The notes under the pieces are model-generated. The model saw only the letters and a list, made by a program, of their open reading frames with translations. It made no database searches and was not told where the DNA came from. From Thalia democratica (taxonomy: Eukaryota), in the NCBI GenBank assembly GCA_965202585.1, contig OZ241831.1, forward strand, positions 60,884,001 to 60,948,000: a DNA stretch of 64,000 bases, in the 5' to 3' direction. Positions 37,152 to 49,181 of the stretch are shown here, in pieces. Position numbers and translations under genes: made by a program. The first letter of the stretch is position 1. Each line of letters starts with the position of its first letter.

Positions 37152-39026
37152 ACTTGTATGAAAGGAAATATTCAACATTATATTTTCCAAAAACTGCTGT
37201 ATATGACGTAATAATCCAGTTGTAAGCTCAATGTTCAGCTGCTGGTTATTCGATTGCTATATTTATGGTTTAAACTTAAGCTTTTACTTGATCAGTTTGA
37301 AGTGCGCTTAAGTACTGTAGACTACATTGTTAAGACTTGTTTATTTTAGTTTTACATAAACTATGTACATCATTTCTGGAGCAATAATTGATTTGATAAT
37401 ACAAAATTTTTAATATATTATTAACAATTTTGTACTGGAAATTCAAGAGCCAAAACAAACTTATTTTAAGACCTAAATGTCAGCACTAGTTTAAAACTTT
37501 CAATAATTTAATCCACTAACCATTTGTGCTTCTGGCGAAATTTGCTTGTGGGTAAATAATTTTCTTTCTATTCGGAGTGCTATGTTGTCCATTACTGCTA
37601 CAGCCTAATAAAAATACTTTGATTTAGTTAACAAATGTTTTAAATAGATCTCAACCGAACAAAATAAACAAAAAGCTGTTTTAATGAAGAAAATAAATTA
37701 TTATAATTTATAATTTATTGATTATAATTTTTAAATGAGTTTTCTTTGAATAATGTTGCATCATTAAATGTTCTGGCAAAAAAAAAACTTTACTATTAAT
37801 ATAAACAAATGGAAATTATTTCATTTTTTACAAAAAAATAGACTTATAAAATGCAGTTAAAATTAAAAAAAAAAAAAAGTTTATAGATTTTTTTATGTAA
37901 AAAAAGTAAAAATATTACAAACTGTTTAGTTCATGTATTTTTACTTAAAAAATATTAAGCTTTAAAAACAATTTACAAGGACATACAATTTTTTAATTTA
38001 CTTTCTTATATCATTAAAAATATTAAAACTATCCTTTAAAATTATAATTCTTGTTTTATATTTAAGTGTGCTCAAATCAAAATAAGACATTGTAAATATA
38101 TGAAATTGTACTTAATGTTGTTTTGCTTACGTACATAATTTCATTATAATTTAGTTTCAGACTGACAAAACTTATAATCAAAAACCTGTTACATGTTTAG
38201 ATTTAATTTTTTTTAGCAATTTAAAGACTTGTTTTTTCATCTATTAAAGAATGTCAACTCTTACAACTATTTGTAAAACTTTATGTCACTTATTTCTAAT
38301 AATAAAAGAGTAACTATAACAGGTTATAAATTTTGTAACACATATACATAATATAATATTTTGTCTTACATATACAAACAAATAATCTATTTATTTAGTT
38401 TTACATACTTCTGATTAAACACAAAAAATATTATTTAGTTTTAGTACTTCACACTAAGAACAATAGTGTTCAGCCAAGAATATTGCATTACAAGAATATT
38501 TCAATTAGCAGATCTTCAGGCACAAGTAAACATATTTACAATAAAAGCATTTGTATACTACAAATTAATGACTAGCAAATTACTAACTAGTAAGTAATAA
38601 ACACTTTTACAATCAATTATATACAAAGAAAAACAAGCAAAAAGTAATCAAAAGTTATTTATAATAAGTAGAACTAAGCAAAGTGTAGTTTTCAATTAAA
38701 AATAAGTTTCAAAATATCAAAGCAACTACAACTACAAACATAGCATAATATAAACAAAATATGTTCTGGACTTGAATACATTTTAAATAAATTACTACAT
38801 TTAAAACTATCAGAAAATATTGGTTTGAAGAAAATTATGATAAACAAATTAAAGGAAATATAAGTCTTATTCTGACAAAAACAATTATTCAGACTTTTCT
38901 ATTTGCAATCCTCAGTTTATGTTGACAAACTTAACTAACTAAATATTTTGAATATGTATTTAGAATATGACCATGTGAAACTGTTTATGATATTAATGTA
39001 TCTTATTGAAAATAAAAACAAAAAAG

Positions 39027-39099
39027 CGACCATGACGGGACTCGAACCCGCAATCCCTCGATTCGAAGTCGAGTGCCTTATCCATTAGGCCACACGGCC
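39027..39099 (-). tRNA. tRNA-Arg: tRNA-Arg(TCG)
   Basis: GGCCGTGTGGCCTAATGGATAAGGCACTCGACTTCGAATCGAGGGATTGCGGGTTCGAGTCCCGTCATGGTCG; anticodon TCG. Confidence 0.93.
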
Positions 39100-40463
39100 G
39101 GTCTATTGTGAAGGGACATACGCGTATATAAATGCCCTTGTTTGGCTGAATACTCTCGAATTAAGCTCTGCATAGCAAGCTGATGTGGGAAAAGTTATTA
39201 CTCACTTTTTTTAATTTCTCTCTTGTTAAAGCAGCTTGCTAGCAATGCTAAGTTTGCTGTTTCTCTATGAGATTGCAGAAGTAAAATTATTTCTTAAATT
39301 TCTAAAACTTATATTTAAATATTATGTAAGGCATTATGGTGTTTAAAATATAATCAATTAATTAATTTTAAAAGATTTTTACTACAAAAATAACCTTTAA
39401 GTTACTTTTCAAACTCGATGGTTTCAATATACTCTTCTGATAGAATTAATATTTTTTAAAATTCATATTATCAAATATAAAATTTACAGCTTTAATTTTA
39501 CAAGACAGTCTAAAATGAACTTTTTTTTTATTAAATTCTGTTTAACTTAAACTAAAACTATTGGCTGATATTACTAACTTTATAAATAAACATTTTTTGA
39601 TGTTCAGAAAGTATAAGTTAGTAGTTTAATTTTTACTTTTTTAAATGTTCATTATACTTCTTTATACAGTTTTCTTAATTAAATTTGATTCTATTGTAAA
39701 ATTAGTTGTAGCTTTATATGTTAAATAGCTTTAACTTTACATAAAACTTCTTTAACTTATAGCATATTTATTTTTTTACAGCTTATTTTACAATTCAAAT
39801 TTATTTACTTCAGTTTAGCAGTTATAGTTACCTTAATTGCAACTATTATATTTTGACATATTTTTAAATAACAGATAAGTTATATTTTCTAAAAAAGCCC
39901 CACTTTAGTAGAAACAAAACTGTAAGAAAAAAAAATGAAATCAATAGTTTACCATTTATATATATATGGTAAACACATGTATTAATATACACAGTGTTTC
40001 AAGCTACAAAGATCACTAAAATAAATTTCTAATTTATTTATAAATAAGCTTGTTTCAAACAACAATGTTTGTAGCATGAAACACAAAACATAGAATTAAC
40101 CTTTATAATATATAAACCTAAAACCTATGTCGAATTTATATTTTTGTAATGTTGACAACAGAGTCCAGTAATAAAAGTTTAAAATAAGTTTATGACTGTT
40201 AATAACAGCACAGAACAATTTTTATGAACTATTATCTTATGCTGCACCAATATAAACTTCACTGTAAAGTATTTTCTTCAAAATACTTATATGCAAAGAA
40301 CATAAAACCAAGTACTTGAAAAATTTGTTTAAAAACTAACACAAATGTAATTCATTAAAAATTTTCTGTTAAAATGAAATTTTCAGTTTTCGAATGTTTA
40401 AATTATAAACTTACGTAATTTACAATTAAATTATAATATTCGAAAATCGAAAAATTTATAAGT

Positions 40464-43219
40464 TTAAATAAAATTTTTTAATATTCTTGACAATTTAATT
40501 GAATTTATAATACTAAAACAAGCATCTAAACACAACAAAATCATACCTAGTACGTTGTAAGCAGGTTCCTGTTGAGAACAAACGAATCTTCTGTTCTTGA
40601 AGTGGTTGGTGATGCTGGGTGTTCTACTGTGCAACTTGCTAATATGAGGTGGCTGGTGCCTGCTGTGAAGCTTCATGTGAGGTTTAACTTGCCTGCTGTG
40701 GTGTTTCATGTGCGGACTAACTTGCCTGCTGTGGAGTTTGTTCCTCATCTTCTGCGTTGTGAAGTTCATCTTCAGCTTTTGAAGTTCTCTGTTCTTCTCA
40801 CCAGCTGATGCTAATAACTGCATGAATAAAACAGTTAAAAACTCATAAAAGAAACAGAACATAAAACGGCTTTGAAACGTATATATCATACATAAAAGTA
40901 GTTATTATAAAAATATTATTGTGTAATTGAAATAAGTGATTATAATTTTATTTTAACTCACCTTTTGCCAGTAACTGTTTGGTGGGATTTGTTGTCAATT
41001 AAGCTTTTTTAAATAATATATAACAGTAGTTTTCAACCTTAAAATTATTCTTTGAATTGTGTAAACCAAATTTTTTTTTGAGACTTAATTTAGTTTAATT
41101 TTTCTTTAATACTTATAATTGGATGTGTTAAAAACAACTAATACTTCATGTATACGGATGATTTATATGTATAAGACAAACTTAGTTTATATTTAAAATT
41201 TTTTAACCAATAAATTATTTAACCATTATTTAAAATATAATCATATTTGAAATTTAATTCAAATTAAAATAAATATTAACAAATTGATACTTTGAAATTC
41301 AATAAATCTAACATAAACATCTAACACATGATTAAGTGATTTCTCATCAAAATATAAGTTTTAATGCCTTTTAACCTTATCTCTTAAAATTGTTATTTTG
41401 TTAGATTTTTATTAAACACTAACCTCACTGTGGCTAGTTTTAACAGACTTGAGTTCTTTCGATTGATCAGTAAGTTTTTGTGACAAAGAAATATTTTCAT
41501 CTTTCAAGCTTGTAAAAGCGTGAGCGTATTTCTTTTCTATTTGCTCTATTTTTTCCTTGTAACTTTCTATGATGTGGTCCTGAAAAAATGTAAATTGTGC
41601 AAGACATTTAATTCAAGAGACTTTTAAAACTTATTGAAACTAAGTTTAATTTTATGAATGTATAATATTTTGTACCTCTACTGTACAACCTATTATAAAA
41701 ATTAGTCTACAGTAAAACATGTATAATGGTTATAAAAAATTTGAAATACCAATTAATCTTTATAATATTTAAAATACAATACATGAGACTAAAGTTAGTT
41801 AAAGCTTCGTTTTTTCAATTATTAACAATTGATAATTATTCTTTTAATTTACTTTTATGAATAATATAATCACATAAATAAAATAAAAAGTTAAGTAAAA
41901 CAACAAATAAAATATAAGTTTTAAAACTAGGTTCATTTAAATAAATTTTATACTTATTCAAAGTGATAAAACTATTATGTTGTATTGAAAATGTAACTAA
42001 AACAACAAACCTTATACAGGGAGTCTTGGGTGGTCTGAAATATCCAAAAGTTCATGGCCCTGGTACAAATGTCCATGATAACATCTGGTTTGTGGCCAAC
42101 CAACGACATGGTCTTGTACCCTTCACTTGGGTTTAGGTTGACACGGACAAACTCGTATTCCTCCCCCTTCATTATGTGGCCACACACTGGACACTTGTGC
42201 TGTTGTACTGTTTGATTGTAAAAAGTATAGTTAAATACTTTATATATGTAGTACAAACTACACACTACGATTGTGTGCTGTTGTACAGTGAAATTATAAG
42301 AAATATTCATAAAAATTTGGTTTTTAAACAATTAAATAAGTAATCGAACAAGAATAGCCTAGAAAAAGCAACATGTGTGTAGTTTAAAAGTATTACAATT
42401 AAAATAAGATGTAACAAAAGCAAATTTACTATGAATATGAGCTTTATTTGAATATATAAGGTATAATAAAGCTTACAAAGCTAGTTTGAAATATTTGGAA
42501 GTGAAAATAAAGCCAAATACAAATATTTTTAATTACTTGGTGATAAAATTATACTTATACAATCAAATTTAGGCAAACATTTGTAGAGCTAAAGAGACAG
42601 GTAAGTAACTAGACAAAATAAAGGTACTTCATAACAATGTAAACAACGTTTTGTATATCTTTCTTATTTTTTAATGTTATGCTTTAGCCAAAATTAAACA
42701 AATAGTTTTTCAATTTGTATTACTTATTTTTAAAGGGTAGGCTTTTCACCTATGAAAAGTTAGAATGCTTTTTGAAAAAACCTTTATACAGAACATTTAG
42801 ACAAAAAACCAATTTTTAATCTAAAATATAGATTCTAAAAATTAAAATTGTTCAGGAAACGTTAGATATATTTTATTTAAAAACAGATTAATTATTAACT
42901 AAGAATATACCCAACTTTGAAATAGTTCACCTTTAAAATGTGTATACAATGGACAGCAAAAAGCTATCAAAAATATAGCTTTTCTAAAACAAATCCTAAA
43001 CAAAAAATACTACCAAATTAAAAACATTCAGAAAACGCGCAATTGAACTCATGCTGCAAAGCACATGTGTGTAGTAAGTAGTAGCAATTCTATTTTCTCA
43101 CCTAAAAACTTATTGCCGTGCTCATTGCAGAAGATGTGTGAGCAGCAAGTCACCCAAGCGTGACCGTTTGACAGCGGCTTGCCACATTCTCTCAAATTGC
43201 ACTTCAGTTCGCAGTCCAT
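40464..43219 (-). CDS. CCNB1IP1: HEI10/CCNB1IP1 meiotic RING-type E3 ligase
   Basis: Exons 43219-43102, 42207-42011, 41579-41424, 40817-(40464, or 40547 if the G|GTATGA donor is used). MDCELKCNLRECGKPLSNGHAWVTCCSHIFCNEHG...CPVC...VRVNLNPSEGYKTMSLVGHKPDVIMDICTRAMNFWIFQ...EKNRELQKL matches the HEI10 pattern (C..C..L...AWVT.CSHIFC..H; L.PSE.YK.M.L.G..P....DI..RA..FW..Q). 3' end uncertain. Confidence 0.9.
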
Positions 43220-43827
43220 TGTTAAAAGTTAATTTTTTTATTTGCTAGTTCTGTGAAGTGGCAAAATATTAACAGTTGCACTTAACAAAAGGATGATTTA
43301 CAATGACGTTTTTATTTAAACAACATTTGGAGTTTTTGATATTAACTATTTAAATAAAAACATTTAAATTTTGCTATTTTTTGAATTAAATAAGTATTTT
43401 TTTTTTCCATTTATAAGTCAGCATTTGATTTTTCAACAGCTAAACTTGTGTAATTTTAAACAAAAAAATAAGCAGTCTTTGCAAATTTGTAAATATTTGT
43501 CATTAAAATTGTTTATTAAACTGATTTTACATTATAATTTCATTGCTATGCTTAAAAAAGCTAATATATTTTATTTATTAATAATATGTTGGAACGTTTA
43601 AATCTTAAAAGTTGTTAAGTTTATAATTGAATTAAGTATTTTTATATTTTTTATCTATTTCAACTTGTAATTAATTTTAAAACAATGCACTTCATAGATT
43701 TAAGCTTAAATAATTATAAACTTTTTTATAAAAAGAAAGTATAAACTTTAAAGGTACAAAATACATTTTTTTAAGTTTAAACTTGTTAAAGGTACTACTA
43801 AAAACACTACAAAAGTACATAAAAATG

Positions 43828-43943
43828 TGTCAGAAGTGGGATTCGAACCCACGCCCACAATTGTGGACCAGAACACTCAGCATTGCATGGCAATGAAGCA
43901 TTACGCTTGAGTCTGGCGCCTTAGACCGCTCGGCCATCCTGAC
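43828..43943 (-). tRNA. tRNA-Leu: tRNA-Leu(CAA) with 32-nt intron (43874-43905)
   Basis: GTCAGGATGGCCGAGCGGTCTAAGGCGCCAGACTCAAG-[intron]-TTCTGGTCCACAATTGTGGGCGTGGGTTCGAATCCCACTTCTGACA; intron at the canonical 37/38 position. Confidence 0.94.
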
Positions 43944-46900
43944 TTGTGATAGAAGCAAATAGTATGCATATATAAAGCATACTGCATTAGTAGCATACAG
44001 TTAATATTAAAATAAACTTGCTTTTGGCCTTAACACAATTATATTGAATGCTTTAAACTTGTTTGAACAGTTGTACTTTTACTAGGATTTTTAGGTATTT
44101 TGTTACTAATTTTGTTTGCAAATATTGAAAACTTAACTTATGAGATATAAATCTAATATATAGTTTTAAAGTTATTATCTTTGAATTACAATTAAAAAAT
44201 AAAAATTTCACTGCAAATGTATGTTGTATTTTATTTCAAAAATGACTAGTGAATAATAAATTAAGCACAGCATACTTTTTTCTTTTAGGACTAATTAAGT
44301 ATTAAGGTTATAAATTTGTATACTTCAAAATGCAATTTGCATAAGAAAGTAATTTTAGTCAATAATTTTAAAAAGACATGTTATGACAAAAACAGATAGT
44401 AATTTTTTAATATTATTGTGCAACAGAAAATATATCACTAAAATTTTTAATAACTTACTATATAATTTAAATTAATGCTTAAAATTAACAATTTTGCAGT
44501 TCATTTGAAAATTTTAATAAAATACTTTATATATCAAGTCTAAACATTTTAATAAAAAATGTGTATAGATAATTTTATATTTTGAAGATAAAAAACCTTT
44601 TAAATATGAAATTATTCAAAGTAACATTTCAATTCTTTTTCATGCACAAAATTTTTTTATACCAAAAACTTTTTTTTAAGACTAAGAAGGTATAAAAGTA
44701 ACTATTCTATGAACAGGTTGTTAAATTAACTTTAAAAGACTTTTTACAATAAATATAATATATTTAAAATACTATTATGTTACTTAGGTTTTACATACTT
44801 AATATTCAATATGACACACTAAAGTGCTTAAACTTACTTATCAGATCTTCTGAAAACTAATTAAAGATTTTATATTTGTAGGAGTTTTCATAATATAAAT
44901 TATGTTTTAAATCTTAATGGACTAAACTTAAATTAATTTAAGCAAGTTTGTTTCTTAAAAAAATTATAAACTAAAATATTTTTTATGCCATGTTGTTAAA
45001 AAATAGAAAACTAAGTATATTTACTTTTTAATGCTTACAAATTTACCTTAGATTATTCAAGAGATACATGAAATAGTACACTTTACTTTTTAGTTGAGAT
45101 TGTAACTGTTCAAAAACATAGGTTTATGATTTGTTGTGTATTTTAGTTTACTTTGCTTAACTTAGACATGTATAAATTTAAGATTGTTTATATTTTTTTA
45201 TAAGCTTCAAATTTAACATGTTACACCTTTTTTTAATTTGCTTTTATTTCGTTTAATTTGCACAAAAAATGTGTACTTATCATCTTGTAAAAAATTGCAA
45301 TACAATTTTAAACTTATTTAGAACATATTTTTTCATGAACTTTTTTCAAAAAAGTTTTTTACACCTTTCCAAGCTAAACATCACTTGCTCATAAGTGAAA
45401 AACCATTTAACTGATGGCAACTTTTACACTAGCCTCACTATTCACAAAAAATATTTTTTAAACGTTAAGCATGTAAGTTACAACACGTGCTAATCTACCT
45501 GCCAGTTCAACAACTAAGGTCATAGGGGGTCTATTTATTTTTATTTTTCTGTTTGATTAAGGGAGGTTACTGCAAGTTGATCTTAATATATATTAAATTT
45601 TTTATATTAGCTATCAAAAGCTTTTTACCCCTCAACAATATAAGCAATCAAAGCTAAAGAGTTCAATAAGTACCTTATGAAAGCAAAAAAAAGTATTTTA
45701 TCATAATGATAATCTATCATGTTATTTTTTATGAATGTTTTGCGGCTCCCATAAGATTCCTATTGTTGCCTCTGACTTTGACTGCTATATCTTAAAAATT
45801 ATTTTGAAATTTTAAAATCTGTTAAAAGCATTTTGCAGCTAAGCAAAAACTGTATAAAATAAGATCAAATTGTGAAAGAAGTGTTTTACCCCCCCCCCCC
45901 TATGCCCTCAAACTAAAAATTAGAATTTTTTACACCACCTTTAATTCTGCTTTTATTTTATTTTTTTAAATACATAAAAATTGTAACACTACATATATTT
46001 CAAACATTTAAAATAATATTCCCTAAACATTTGGTGTTTATGTTGAAAAAAAAAAGGTATTTTTTTTCAAGGAAATTGCATCTAAAAAAATACAGTCGAT
46101 CCATACCTTTGTATTGGAAACTTTTTACATACATGACTACATCTCATAGTTAATTACCAATAAAATCTATCTCTTCCTTCATTTTGTAAGCAATCTTCTT
46201 CAAATTTTCAAAGAAAGTGTATTATTAAATTTCAAAAAGATTGAATGCAGGAATTTTTTCATTTTATAAATTAATTTTTTTATTAAAAAGAAACTACCTA
46301 TTATTTTGTTGTTTTTGGTCTAAAATTTTTATTTTTAAATATTTTTAAAATTCCAGCATTTTAAAGTCTTTTAAATTATAAAAGAAAAGTTTCCTGAAAG
46401 TTTGAGGCTTTTAGCTGAAAAAATGAAGGAGATAATAGATATTAGTGTTTTTTTAAATTTCTGAGAAAATTGACCCTGAAAAATTTGCAGTCCATAATTT
46501 TGTATCTAAAATTTTTTTTATAAATTACAATATCTTTAAAGTTAAACAAGATTTTTTAATTATAAAAAAACTGGCTTGTAGTTTATACTTCAAGTTCATA
46601 TAAGATCCAATGTTATTTTTAGTAAAATAATGTCCGCACCCCCCTATGCCTTTGACAACCTACAAATTTTCTGTGCCCAAACAAAGTTATAAATTGAAAT
46701 GCAGCTTAGTTTCTTTTAGGTTAATACATATAAAGATAAGCTATTACCTTATAATTTATTTCAAAAACCAAGCAAGTATCAATCATAATTTTAGTTAAGT
46801 CAGAATTTTTATATTCATTAAAAATAATACTTTTAATATTCTTAGACCAACTTTCTAATATGTTCCTTTTTATTATTCATTGAAAAAATAGTCATCAATG

Positions 46901-47954
46901 AGTTAACCACTAATCAAAATATATCCTTTAATAATTATTATATGTTGGAACAATTTATTTAGTAATTTATACATGATATTTACTACAAAAAGATTGTGAG
47001 TATACTAGAAAATTGAAAAGTTGTCAAAAACTTACTTAATACTCCAGTAGCATCTTTTAGCATTACAAGTTTAGTAATAACTAGTAATTAACATTATTGA
47101 GTAAGTACAACACTATTTGTTAAAAGGTTTATTTGTAAAAAATTGAAGAAATACAAAAATGTGGTCACTCACAATTATGGTCAAGGGATTGGTGTTGAGA
47201 TATACCTTTTGGTCATCAAGCTACACAACATTTAAGTAGAATTGTTATGTTTGTTTTACCTTAAAAATGTAAATTAGAACCAATATAAATTTTAGTCAAC
47301 AGATTATGTCAATTTAATGGACATGTAACACAATTGTTTATTAAATTGTATCTTTTTTTTCTTTTTAAGCATAAGTTTTTTATTACATTTACTCATTGAG
47401 AGCTTGTGTGTTTACCTCTCCGCCCAACTAAGCTAATGTTGCCATATGTTATAATTAAACTTTTGTTGTTATACATCAGGGGTCGAGGTTAGTTTTATGA
47501 AAGTAAATCTAAAAGCTTATCAACATTGGTTCAATAATAGACAAACTACAGTTTTAAAAAAAGATAAGCAAAAAAAATTAAACTAAAATTATAAAATTAA
47601 AAGTAGTACTTGATTTTAGATGGTAAAAACGCTTTAGCAGAAAAATTTTCAAACCAAGTTAAGCCAAAATTTACATCAAACATTGATGCTTATTTTTATA
47701 ACAAGTAAAAAAGACAAACAATTAAGCAAATTTAAATTTATCAAAAACTTTATTAATTTATAAAGAAATATATTTGACTAATACCATTAAAAGTATTCAA
47801 AACTGCACGTTTTACAAAAACTAAAATCTTTAAAACGGTTTTTCAATCCAAAAAACAGCACAAAAGTTTTTAACAGTTTTAACGCGTTAACCCGCAATAA
47901 AGACTATTCTACTTTTTTTGGTATAAATATTTACTATTTGGCCTCTTAGCAAGC

Positions 47955-48027
47955 GTCTCCGTAGCGCAATGGATAGCGCGCTGGACTTCTAATCCAGAGG
48001 TTCCGGGTTCGAGTCCCGGCGGAGATG
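47955..48027 (+). tRNA. tRNA-Arg: tRNA-Arg(TCT), intronless
   Basis: GTCTCCGTAGCGCAATGGATAGCGCGCTGGACTTCTAATCCAGAGGTTCCGGGTTCGAGTCCCGGCGGAGATG. Confidence 0.95.
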
Positions 48028-49027
48028 CGCCCCTTTTATTTATTGCTTTTAATAATCAAGTTTTGTACTTAAAATTCTAATAAGGTTTGTATTGACCAAT
48101 CAAGTTTTAATATTGCTATCTACTTTAATAAAAGTTGTCGAATAGAAAACAACTACTTTAAACTATGAAAGTTATTTAAAGCTTCTTTTGAATAACAACT
48201 AAGATTTTTGTATAGTTTTGTTTTAAGTGTAAAAATTAGACTTTTTAACTCACATTCAAAAAGATAAATACACATAATTAAAAATAAAAAACTTACCGTG
48301 TAAGAGATTTTCAGTAATGTCTAAAATTCTGAAAAAAACGAAAATAAAGTACGGACAATAAGGCTTACCAAAAATTAACAAACTAGATTTAAAACTAGTA
48401 AAAAGAACTAAACAGTTTTAAACTACTTACTGAGAAAATATTGTTTAAATTTATAAAACAGTTTATAAAAGTTAAAATCTAGTTGTATAAATTATTTTTT
48501 AATAAAAACAAAATTGAATAGTTAAAAACGACAAACTTAGGTTAAAAAAACTTGCAAATAAAAACTGCTAAGCATAGTCATTATCAGGTTAAACTAAAAT
48601 TATTTTTATGAAACTACCAAGAAACTAAACTGTGAAATGTACTTCTAATTAAAAAATATTATTTTATCATAAATATTAATTCTATTGGCTAAAATATAAT
48701 ATTAAAAAAACATTGCAAACTTTGAAGTATAACTTACCGATTTTTATATAAAGTCTTCAATTCTAAGATAGGCATATATTTACATCTAGTACATTATTTC
48801 CGTTAAAATAATTTAAGTTGCTAAGTGTGAGTTCATAAAATGAGGACAGGAAAAAGTTATTCATTTCATTTTTTATCGCTAAAACTATAACCCAAAAACT
48901 GCTTAGAGCACAGAAGTGTAATTTGCAAAGCTTCAATAAAGTACTTAATATCAAGTGCTATTGACACTAGCAACGCGAAAAAGAAGCAATTAACTTTATA
49001 TAGCATAAGTTTAGCAGCTAGACGTGT

Positions 49028-49101
49028 GGCCGGTTAGCTCAGTTGGTTAGAGCGTCGTGCTAATAACGCGAATGTCGCGGGTTCGATCCCCGTACTGGCC
49101 A
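49028..49101 (+). tRNA. tRNA-Ile: tRNA-Ile(AAT)
   Basis: GGCCGGTTAGCTCAGTTGGTTAGAGCGTCGTGCTAATAACGCGAATGTCGCGGGTTCGATCCCCGTACTGGCCA. Confidence 0.95.
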
Positions 49102-49109
49102 CATATCCA

Positions 49110-49181
49110 TCCTCGTTAGTATAGTGGTGAGTATTCCCGCCTGTCACGCGGGCGACCGGGGTTCGATTCCCCGACGGGGAG
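49110..49181 (+). tRNA. tRNA-Asp: tRNA-Asp(GTC)
   Basis: Canonical cloverleaf starting 8 nt after tRNA-Ile. Confidence 0.96.

Noticed and set aside
45500-46950. Possible decayed DNA transposon (CCCCCTATG at about 45521 inverted, 45896 and 46639; TTAA-GGGAGG)
   Set aside because: No convincing paired termini or TSD could be defined.
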